Source: Candidatus Electrothrix yaqonensis
GTDB lineage: Bacteria; Desulfobacterota; Desulfobulbia; Desulfobulbales; Desulfobulbaceae
Reading direction: 5' to 3'
DNA length: 32,000 bases
NCBI GenBank assembly: GCA_047651235.1
Contig: CP178758.1
Location: 1,230,001 to 1,262,000, forward strand
The notes beneath the pieces were generated by a model. The model was not told where the DNA came from. It worked only from the letters and a program-made list of their open reading frames with translations, and made no database searches. Made by a program: the position numbers and the translations under genes. Position 1 is the first letter of the stretch, and each line of letters opens with the position of its first letter. Below are positions 19,211 through 25,742 of this stretch, in pieces.

Positions 19211-19373
19211 GGATCAGTTAAATGTGGATTTGTCGGGCCGGGCTGAACCGTGAGAACCTGTACAAGGCTTTTGCCGGAGAGGGTAATCCGAGATTTTCCA
19301 CGGTCAGCAGGGGCATCAAGGCATTGGGGTGCCGACTGGCTGTTGTGTGAAGGCGGGAAACAAAGGAGCCGGA
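19211..19373 (+). repeat. Repeat copy A (higA-3'-derived unit, right end truncated)
   Basis: Translates in one frame to GIS*MWICRAGLNRENLYKAFAGEGNPRFSTVSRGIKALGCRLAVV*. It contains the 50-nt core at 19282-19331, identical to copies C and E. Confidence 0.85.
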
Positions 19374-19528
19374 GGCATATCAATAACGAACAGGACGGCA
19401 CCGGGTGACTGCCGGATGGGAACGGGAAAGAATATCCCTCATTTTTTTTCTGTTGTTTCCGGCGCGGCTTTCCTGTATTATAAATACACAGGCCGCACAT
19501 AAGGTTAAGCTAACCTGGAGGAGATAAA

Positions 19529-19768
19529 ATGAACATTACGCTCTCAGCAGATCAGGAAATCATAAATAAGAGCCGCCAATATGCAAAAAAATGCGGCATT
19601 TCCCTGAACAGTATCATAAGAAGCTACCTAAAAGATATCAGCGGGGAAAATGACAGAAGGGAAAATGCCGAAGAATTTTCGCGGTTGGCTGAAACCGAAG
19701 CCGGTTGTTCTGAACCCGGATACAGGTTTGACAGAAATGAAATTCATGATCGGAGTCACAGAGCATGA
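19529..19768 (+). CDS. Antitoxin of a VapBC-type pair (small DNA-binding protein with MNITLS... N-terminus)
   Basis: 79-aa ORF with SD GGAGGAG upstream. It overlaps the downstream PIN gene by 4 nt (ATGA). N-terminus MNITLSADQEIINKSRQYAKKCGISLNSIIRSYL is typical of PIN-partner antitoxins. Confidence 0.8.
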   Translation: MNITLSADQEIINKSRQYAKKCGISLNSIIRSYLKDISGENDRRENAEEFSRLAETEAGCSEPGYRFDRNEIHDRSHRA

Positions 19769-20175
19769 AAAAAATTTTCATTGATACAAACCTGATCGTT
19801 TACGCCAATGACCGTCGAGACCCGCAAAAACAACAGAAGGCTATTGAGCTGATCAAAGAATTGATGGGTGTCGGATTGGGGGTTATTTCCTCACAGGTTT
19901 TGCAGGAATACGCCAATACAGCCCTCACGAAATTACATCAGAATCATACTATCGTTTTGCGACAGCTCAACCTTCTGGAATCATTTGAGGTTGTTCTCCT
20001 GAAGCCCGTTTTAGTCCGACGTGCGATAGAAATAAAAAGCAGCTACGGTATCAGCTTCTGGGATTCCTGCATTATCAGTGCGGCTGAAGCAGCCGGGTGC
20101 GACAGTATATACTCTGAAGATCTGAGTTCGGGACAATATTATTCCGGGATGAAATTGGTCAATCCTTTTTTATAA
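19765..20175 (+). CDS. vapC: PIN-domain toxin (VapC family)
   Basis: 136-aa ORF. MKKIFIDTNLIVYA carries the first acidic PIN residue. Later WDSCIISAAEAAGCDSIYSEDL is a typical PIN C-terminal motif. Confidence 0.88.
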   Translation: MKKIFIDTNLIVYANDRRDPQKQQKAIELIKELMGVGLGVISSQVLQEYANTALTKLHQNHTIVLRQLNLLESFEVVLLKPVLVRRAIEIKSSYGISFWDSCIISAAEAAGCDSIYSEDLSSGQYYSGMKLVNPFL

Positions 20176-20228
20176 TACCCTCAACAGGTTGCGGTTTGCA
20201 ACTTCAGCGATGTCGCGCCGGTGGGCAG

Positions 20229-20451
20229 CGGGATCAGTGAAATGCGAATTTTTGTCGAGCCGGGTTGAATCGTGAGAGCTTGTACAAGGCTCTTGCCGGA
20301 GAGGGTAATCTGAAGTTTTCCACGGTCAGCAGGGGCATCAAGGCCTTGGAGTGCCGACTGGCTGTTGTGTGAAGACGGGAAACAGAGGCGCTATATGCTG
20401 TTTTTGCAACAATTCCAATTCGGTGATCAATTGAGTCCGATCCCATTGATC
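20229..20451 (+). repeat. Repeat copy B (full-length unit with terminal hairpin)
   Basis: Encodes GISEMRIFVEPGLNRESLYKALAGEGNLKFSTVSRGIKALECRLAVV*. It then has the conserved tail with ATG-CTG-TTT-TTG-CAA-CAA and the hairpin GATCAAT-N13-ATTGATC (20425-20451). Confidence 0.85.
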
Positions 20452-20457
20452 TCTATC

Positions 20458-20868
20458 TCAAGACAGCGCAAGTTTAAACTTCTTTCTGCCCTTGATACGG
20501 TAGATGGTAAAATCTCTGTCTATGGTTGCCACGGTATTAAGACCGAGCTGTTCTGCAAGGTAGACAAGGCATGAATCGGCAAAGTCCATCGGAAGATCTT
20601 TATATTTTTCCGTCAGCTCCCTTATCCGCCCGAAGTCGCTGTTTTCAATATTCCGTATTTCTACAGCGCCTCTGTGTATCCATTCCAGGAAATCCAGTTG
20701 AGCCTGTCTGCTGAAGTCCAGCATATGCAGTGTTTCCGTCACAGATGCCAAGGTGGTGACCAGCGGGGTTCTGTTTGTGCGGATAAAATCGACCGCTACC
20801 TGATGATACCTGTCCGAGGCATCAAACAGGGCGATCATCGGGCCGGAATCCATCAGGATTTTTTTCAT
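20458..20868 (-). CDS. PIN-domain toxin (VapC-like)
   Basis: 136-aa ORF. MKKILMDSGPMIALFD...PMDFADSCLVYLAEQLGLNTVATIDRDF is a PIN fold signature. It is paralogous to the ORF at 22452-22868. Confidence 0.85.
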   Translation of the reverse strand: MKKILMDSGPMIALFDASDRYHQVAVDFIRTNRTPLVTTLASVTETLHMLDFSRQAQLDFLEWIHRGAVEIRNIENSDFGRIRELTEKYKDLPMDFADSCLVYLAEQLGLNTVATIDRDFTIYRIKGRKKFKLALS

Positions 20869-21107
20869 TTTCTTTTGGCCCGGATTTTGTCCTTTACAAG
20901 CTCTTTTCGTCGTCCAGAGAGGTCATCGCGACCGCTGGCGTGTTTGCCGAAAAGGTCTTGACCTGCATCCCAGGCGTTCCGAGGTTTGAGCCTGCCTATA
21001 TAGTCAAGAATGCTTCGTCGGATCAGTTCCGACTTTGAGAGTCCTAAGTTTTCCGCTGTGTTTTTCAGTAGCTGTTCCAGCTGAGGATCAAGTCTTAGGG
21101 TAATCAT
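20865..21107 (-). CDS. Ribbon-helix-helix (CopG-like) antitoxin
   Basis: ATG at 21107 with GGAGGTG upstream gives the 80-aa protein MITLRLDPQLEQLLKNTAENLGLSKSELIRRSILDYI... It overlaps the PIN gene by 4 nt. The 150-aa ORF in the track is an artefactual extension through repeat C. Confidence 0.85.
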   Translation of the reverse strand: MITLRLDPQLEQLLKNTAENLGLSKSELIRRSILDYIGRLKPRNAWDAGQDLFGKHASGRDDLSGRRKELVKDKIRAKRK

Positions 21108-21120
21108 ATAGTTCACCTCC

Positions 21121-21139
21121 GTATTACGGATTGTAATAC
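21121..21139. promoter_or_regulatory. Candidate operator palindrome for the RHH antitoxin
   Basis: Perfect inverted repeat GTATTAC-GGATT-GTAATAC, 14 nt upstream of the RHH antitoxin start. Confidence 0.4.
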
Positions 21140-21169
21140 ATTGAGAGGTGAATTGCAAGGAGGGTGGCA

Positions 21170-21399
21170 TGGCGCAGAAATGTCGCATTGGGATATCCGG
21201 CCGGAAAACAGGAAATGACCGAGGCGGTCGGAAAGGCAGGCTGAATCGTGAGAGCCTGTATAAGGCTTTTGCCGGAAACGGTAATCCGAGATTTTCCACG
21301 GTCAGCAGGGGCATCAAGGCATTGGGGTGCTGGCTGGCTGTTGCGTGAAGACGGAAAACATAGGAGCCGGATGCTGTTTTTGCAGCAATTCCGATTCCG
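21170..21399 (+). repeat. Repeat copy C (no terminal hairpin; preceded by an SD and ATG)
   Basis: AAGGAGG-N5-ATG at 21169 opens MAQKCRIGISGRKTGNDRGGRKGRLNRESLYKAFAGNGNPRFSTVSRGIKALGCWLAVA*. The core at 21280-21329 is identical to A and E. The tail is conserved up to about 21399. Confidence 0.8.
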
Positions 21400-21519
21400 A
21401 ATGTCAGCCGTAAAAATTGGATTGGATTAGTAAGAAAAATCTTGACGGATACCCTAAAATACAGCTAGACTGTCTAGGTGAAAGATGCTAAAAAGAAATA
21501 ACTGCAAGGAGAACAATAT

Positions 21520-21780
21520 ATGATAAGAAGAACAACTTGGGCACTTCAGGATGCCAAAAACAAATTCAGTCGAGTGGTCAACGAAGCACTCACGCACGGG
21601 CCGCAATATGTTAAGCGGAGAGGTGTTGATACCGTCGTTGTACTGTCGGTCCGTGATTATGAGAAATTGACCTCGCAGAAGCCCTCGTTTACCGACTTTC
21701 TGTTAAGTGCTCCAAAAATCGGCAATAATGCCGATCTGTTTGAGAGGCAGCATGAATATCCGAGGGAACTTGATTTATGA
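21520..21780 (+). CDS. Phd/YefM-type antitoxin
   Basis: 86-aa ORF. TWALQDAKNKFSRVVNEALTHGPQYVKRRGVDTVVVLSVRDYEKL is a typical Phd-fold N-terminal domain. It overlaps the PIN gene by 4 nt. Confidence 0.88.
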   Translation: MIRRTTWALQDAKNKFSRVVNEALTHGPQYVKRRGVDTVVVLSVRDYEKLTSQKPSFTDFLLSAPKIGNNADLFERQHEYPRELDL

Positions 21781-22199
21781 ACTATCTGCTGGACACATGC
21801 GTGATCTCTGAGCTGGTCAAACCTCGACCAAATACTGCTGTGACTGACTGGCTTGCCCGGACTCCTGCGGACCGCCTGTTTCTGAGTTCCCTCACAATAG
21901 GAGAGTTGAAACGAGGTATTACGCGGCTGCCCGAGTCAAAAAAGAAAAGCCACCTGATGATGTGGCTTGAGACGCTGCTGGCGGACTACAGTGACAGGAT
22001 TCTCCCTGTTGATAGTGCTGTGGCTGAAGCATGGGGGATTATGCAGGCGCGGGCGGAGGATTCAGGACAGAGGATGTCGATTATTGACGGGTACATTGCC
22101 GCCACGGCATCAGTATACCAGATGACTGTCGTGACACGAAATGAGGAGGATTTTTCTCCGAGTCATCAGGCAATACTGAATCCGTGGAAGATGCTTTGA
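21777..22199 (+). CDS. vapC: PIN-domain toxin (VapC/FitB-like)
   Basis: 140-aa ORF. MNYLLDTCVISELVKPRPN...SLTIGELKRGI...IIDGYIAATASVYQMTVVTRNEEDF is a classic VapC sequence. Confidence 0.9.
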   Translation: MNYLLDTCVISELVKPRPNTAVTDWLARTPADRLFLSSLTIGELKRGITRLPESKKKSHLMMWLETLLADYSDRILPVDSAVAEAWGIMQARAEDSGQRMSIIDGYIAATASVYQMTVVTRNEEDFSPSHQAILNPWKML

Positions 22200-22200
22200 G

Positions 22201-22433
22201 TCAGCTTGGAAGCCCACAGCAGGCAATGATGGCCGAAGTGGCCGGGTTGAATCGTGAGAGCCTGTACAAGGCTCTTGCCGGAGAGGGTAATTCGAGATTT
22301 TCCACGTTCAGCAGGGGTATCAAGGGCTTGGGGTGCCGACTGGTTGTGGTGTGAAGACGGGAAAGAAAGGAGCCGGATGCTCTTTTTGCAACAATTACAA
22401 TTGTGAGATCAATCGAGTCCGACCCCATTGATC
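22201..22433 (+). repeat. Repeat copy D (full-length unit with hairpin)
   Basis: It starts 1 nt after the vapC stop and encodes QLGSPQQAMMAEVAGLNRESLYKALAGEGNSRFSTFSRGIKGLGCRLVVV*. SD plus ATG at 22377 gives MLFLQQLQL*. Hairpin GATCAAT-N13-ATTGATC at 22407-22433. Confidence 0.85.
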
Positions 22434-22451
22434 AAGCAAATCCTCCACTGA

Positions 22452-22868
22452 TCATTGATGCGGAATGACCTCCAACATGGAACCGTCCGAAAGGCGATAG
22501 ATATAAAAATCACTGTCAACGGTAAAAATCCGTTTCATTTTTCCATGCTCCGCCAAGGCGACCAAGGATGCATCGGCCAGATCCATCGGCGTATCCTGAT
22601 ATCTTTTCATCAACTTATGCATTGTCTTGGTCTCTGAAAGGGTCGGCTCATGAAGTTCCAGCTTCATCTCCTCTACTAACTTCCAAAGAACAGCCTGATA
22701 ACGAAAGCCGCCGACCGCTCCGAGAATATGCATGGCCTCGGTAAAGCACGGCCATGTTGTCAGCATAGGTTCGGCAGGCAAGGTCTTCACGGTATCAATA
22801 CAACGTCTATGATGATTGTCCCTTTTATCAAGCAGCGCAATAAGCGGCCCGGTATCGGTTAATATCAT
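22452..22868 (-). CDS. PIN-domain toxin (VapC-like)
   Basis: 138-aa ORF. MILTDTGPLIALLDKRDNHH...PMDLADASLVALAEHGKMKRIFTVDSDF. Homologous to the ORF at 20458-20868. Confidence 0.85.
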   Translation of the reverse strand: MILTDTGPLIALLDKRDNHHRRCIDTVKTLPAEPMLTTWPCFTEAMHILGAVGGFRYQAVLWKLVEEMKLELHEPTLSETKTMHKLMKRYQDTPMDLADASLVALAEHGKMKRIFTVDSDFYIYRLSDGSMLEVIPHQ

Positions 22869-23155
22869 ATTTTTCCCTGTCGGCGTTTTGCCGCAAGGAT
22901 ATCAGCAAATCTTTTTCCGGTATTTGCGGACATCTGCGCACCACCCGGAACAACTTCTCCGCTGTCGATGGTGCCGATATCTCCTTTCAACATATCAGCC
23001 AAACTGTTCATCCCGGAATCTTCCTGTTTTTTTCTCTCTTTTTGAAAAAAGCATTCCCGAAGTGTTTTCAGAACAATTGATTCGACAGTTGCTCCCTGTT
23101 TTCTGGCCACCCGAATTAATACCTGCTCAATTTCCGGCGTTAAAGTTATATTCAC
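22865..23155 (-). CDS. Antitoxin partner of the PIN toxin
   Basis: 96-aa ORF overlapping the PIN gene by 4 nt. The N-terminus MNITLTPEIEQVLIRVARKQGATVESIVLKTL resembles the 19529-19768 antitoxin. Confidence 0.75.
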   Translation of the reverse strand: MNITLTPEIEQVLIRVARKQGATVESIVLKTLRECFFQKERKKQEDSGMNSLADMLKGDIGTIDSGEVVPGGAQMSANTGKRFADILAAKRRQGKI

Positions 23156-23295
23156 GAAAAATCCTCGCTATATTTGTTCCTGTTATTTTTTGCAGCAGGG
23201 TGATAGCCTGACCGCATACTACCCAACAGTTTGTTCTCTGCTGTTATGCTGCCATATTTATCTGTATGATGCAAGGTCGTTTCTGTTCAGGGGGG

Positions 23296-23513
23296 GGCGG
23301 CGAGGTGGCCGGAAAGGCCGGGCAGAACCGTAAGAGCCTGTTCAAGGCTCTTGCCGGAGAGGGTAATCCGAGATTTTCCACGGTCAGCAGGGGCATCAAG
23401 GCATTGGGGTGTGCCGACGGGCTGTTGCGTGAAGACGAGAAACAAAGGAGCAGGATGCTCTTTTTGCAACAATTCCAATTCCGGGATCAATCGAGTCCGA
23501 TCTCATTGATCCC
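23296..23513 (+). repeat. Repeat copy E (full-length unit; reading frame broken near the 3' end)
   Basis: Encodes ...EVAGKAGQNRKSLFKALAGEGNPRFSTVSRGIKALGC, then loses the frame and stop through a 2-nt insertion. Core at 23362-23411 is identical to A and C. SD plus ATG at 23455. Hairpin GGGATCAAT-N13-ATTGATCCC at 23483-23513. Confidence 0.85.
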
Positions 23514-23530
23514 TGTGACCCCTATTCCCC

Positions 23531-24139
23531 TTAAAATTCACCGCAGTAACCTTCATAATTCTCTGGATTACGTCTTGCCAGCCTAGGATGCTCATGGGCA
23601 AGACGCTCAGCAGAAGCAGGATCAATAGCTCCGCGATGATGTATATGGCCGTTCTTATGACTCAACTCGTGAATAACGGTTTTGGCACGTTGATGCTGAC
23701 TCATACGAAACCAACTTGGGCATAGCTTAATTCGAGTACCTGGAGAACAATATGCCACATTGTCCCCATTACACAGATACGAACGATTACCACTCTCATG
23801 CTGAATGAGAGCAAACCGTACATCTTTCTCGAATTCCTTTCGAATTCTTTCCATTCGGCGACGAGTTCGTCGTATCTGCGCATTAGTTAATTTACCTCTC
23901 CCAAACCACCGAACAACAATTGCATTCGCCCTCCACGCAGCTTTTCTTCTTCTACGCCGTCGTCTACCGCGTCCGGGCTGATTCCATATTTCTGCAAGAA
24001 CACGTAAACCTTCTATTGCCATCCTTTCCGCATCGTTCGCGGCATCCTCAATAGCCGTCCTCTGCGTGCCTGTAATCGGCCTATCACCGTTTCGATTTCT
24101 TCGTACCCTTATGTCTACCGTTGCCATGTCAAACCTCAT
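23531..24139 (-). CDS. M35/aspzincin-like zinc metallopeptidase domain protein, no signal peptide
   Basis: 202-aa ORF. A better-placed SD (GAGG) favours the ATG at 24127. HExxH motif in TVIHELSHKNG. The C-terminal ARRNPENYEGYCGEF resembles the NADSYxxF tail of the lysine-specific metalloendopeptidase family. The upstream LCNGDNVAYCSPGTRIKLCPSWF fits that family's pre-motif region. It also has an unusual GRGRRRRRRRK tract. Confidence 0.65.
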   Translation of the reverse strand: MRFDMATVDIRVRRNRNGDRPITGTQRTAIEDAANDAERMAIEGLRVLAEIWNQPGRGRRRRRRRKAAWRANAIVVRWFGRGKLTNAQIRRTRRRMERIRKEFEKDVRFALIQHESGNRSYLCNGDNVAYCSPGTRIKLCPSWFRMSQHQRAKTVIHELSHKNGHIHHRGAIDPASAERLAHEHPRLARRNPENYEGYCGEF

Positions 24140-24164
24140 GTTGATAATTGCTAATTAAAAATAT

Positions 24165-25241
24165 CTAGTTGCATTCCCCACTATCCCAATCGAAATGTTC
24201 ACAAAATAAATCATAGCCTGTATCCGTGCCTTTCTTGTCACATACACTATCATTTTTCTTCTTGAAGGCGGTTGACCTTCTGACACATTTACGGGAGCAA
24301 TCACGAATTCTTCCATCCCCGCAGGGAGCACCAACTTCATTCAGCTTATAGACAGAATCACGCAGGCATACAGCCATTACTTTACAGTCATTTGAAGAAC
24401 GACCACGATGCCGCTGAGACCAGCCGGATAAATCTGAATTTGGAAAATTCCAGTCCCCATCGTCTCCATCTGTACAATAGGAACCACCACTCAATACTTT
24501 AGCATCTTTGCAGCTTGTACTTCCGTTGCCATAACCTGTGTGACTTTCCGAACGATATACGCCTCTCCCCATCCAATGGTTTTCTTTTACACAAATAGCA
24601 TGAACTCTACAGTTGTTAGATGATGATCCACGATGCCATTCTTTCCAGCCCGCGAGAGATTCGTCTGGATAAGCCATATCTAAGTCGCCATCTTCACACC
24701 AGCTTCCTCCCCCAACAGCTTTGTAACCGGTTGGGCAGTCAACACTCCCTTTACCATAAAAAGTTTCTTTTTCCGTAGCTAAGATATCTTCTTTTCCAAA
24801 CCAGATAGGAGTTACGCAGTTGGATTTACAACCCGTTGATTTTGTTCAACTGACGGTTTGCAGCTCTAACAAGCGAACCTATTGTAACAACTGCGCTTCC
24901 TGTTTTCAACTGCGTAACTCCTACCAGATTTTAGGAGCACATACAGCATACACATTACAATCATTAGAGGAAGCTCCGCGATGCCATTCAGCCCACCCTA
25001 CAGGAACTTTGTATTTATACCCACTTTGTGATTCTGTGATAGGATACGTTACGTCAAGTTCTCCATCGTTACATCGTGAACCGCCTCCTAGTGCAAACAT
25101 ATCACTCGGACATCGCACCTCTCCTTGTCCATATTTTGTGAATTCTTTAACTATTATAAGATCTTGAGCAAGTGCTGTGTTGCCTATAATGGTATAAAAA
25201 ATAATGTACAAATAGGATTGAATAATCAATTTAGATTTCAT
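24165..25241 (-). pseudogene. Secreted cysteine-rich triple-repeat protein gene, interrupted by a 116-bp insertion
   Basis: ORF 24921-25241 has an SD (GAGGA) and a signal peptide (MKSKLIIQSYLYIIFYTIIGNTALA/QD). Frame 24165-24845 is the same frame. Removing 24807-24929 (123 bp) joins ...AVCAPKIW to FGKEDILATEKETFYGKG..., giving a ~318-aa protein. That protein has three copies of a module YG.G...C....(A/L).GG(G/S)..C.DG......(Y/F)P...(L/V).GW...HRG.SSN(D/N)C.V.A(V/I)C. Confidence 0.75.
24807..24922. mobile_element. MITE-like non-autonomous insertion
   Basis: Perfect 16-bp terminal inverted repeats AGGAGTTACGCAGTTG (24807-24822) / CAACTGCGTAACTCCT (24907-24922), flanked by the 7-bp direct repeat ACCAGAT (24800-24806 and 24923-24929). 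The interior has no ORF and has further partial palindromes. Its excision restores a continuous reading frame. Confidence 0.75.
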
Positions 25242-25346
25242 CACTTTCCTCTTAACTGCCTGATTTAATGGATACTGTTATATATAGTAATATTACTAAA
25301 ACATACTGTTTCAAAAAAGTAAACAGAAATCCGACATGGCAGAATG

Positions 25347-25406
25347 AAAAAGTATCCCTTTGGTATCACACCCCAAAATCAAACCCCGTAGCCATGCGGG
25401 TTGTAG
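25347..25406 (+). repeat. Intergenic direct repeat, copy 1
   Basis: AAAAAGTATCCCTTTGGTATCACACCCCAAAATCAAACCCCGTAGCCATGCGGGTTGTAGG. About 78-80% identical, with one indel, to 25609-25668. Confidence 0.6.
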
Positions 25407-25479
25407 GTTCGAATGCCGCCCCATAGGAATCAGGGGACAGACCCCAATTAAACAACAACGACTTCAATTTACTAAAGAT

Positions 25480-25578
25480 GATGGTCTGGTAAAAAGTCAG
25501 AAAATAGCAAGTCGCTGACGACAACTCAGTAAGTTAAGATACGATTTTCCGCAAAATTGGACTTTTTACTAAACCATC
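25480..25578. repeat. Imperfect 19-bp inverted repeat pair with a 61-nt spacer
   Basis: GATGGTCTGGTAAAAAGTC (25480-25498) versus GACTTTTTACTAAACCATC (25560-25578): 17 of 19 positions are complementary. It lies between the two direct-repeat copies. Confidence 0.5.
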
Positions 25579-25608
25579 AAAGATACATATTGAATTAAAA
25601 AAGTCAAT

Positions 25609-25668
25609 AAAAAGTACCCATGTCGGTATCACAGAGCAAAATCAGACCCCGCAACCATGCGAGTTACA
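25609..25668 (+). repeat. Intergenic direct repeat, copy 2
   Basis: AAAAAGTACCCATGTCGGTATCACAGAGCAAAATCAGACCCCGCAACCATGCGAGTTACAGA. Both copies keep a small hairpin, CG(U/C)A-NCCA-UGCG. Confidence 0.6.
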
Positions 25669-25705
25669 GAGTGAGGTTACAGGGTACGAGTGCTGTCACC
25701 AACCA

Positions 25706-25742
25706 GATAAAAAAAAGGGGCAAACCCAAAGGCAGCCCCTTT
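25706..25742 (-). terminator. Rho-independent terminator of the formate dehydrogenase gene
   Basis: The minus-strand RNA reads GGGGC-UGCCUUUGGGUUU-GCCCC followed by UUUUUUUU, about 50 nt after the stop at 25790. Confidence 0.75.

Noticed and set aside
18868-19500. The 210-aa ORF and the similar 150-aa ORF at 20865-21317, read as long proteins.
   Set aside because: Only the C-terminal 84 aa and 80 aa match antitoxin families, and these have their own SD plus ATG. The N-terminal extensions run antisense through repeats A and C in frames that are not conserved between repeat copies.
19211-23513. The five regularly spaced repeats as a CRISPR array.
   Set aside because: The repeats are 160-230 bp, not 25-40 bp. 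The spacers are ~0.8 kb and contain complete protein-coding TA operons. No cas genes are present.
19211-23513. The repeats as classical integron attC sites.
   Set aside because: I found no conserved RYYYAAC / GTTRRRY core-site pair at the repeat ends, and no overall imperfect palindrome spanning a unit. Cassettes occur in both orientations, and no intI-like gene is in the window. The idea is kept only as an analogy to be tested with a covariance model.
25406-25414. GGTTCGAAT, a tRNA T-loop-like motif, suggesting a tRNA fragment or att site.
   Set aside because: The flanking bases do not form a T-arm (GTAGG versus GCCGC are not complementary), and no acceptor or anticodon arms can be drawn.
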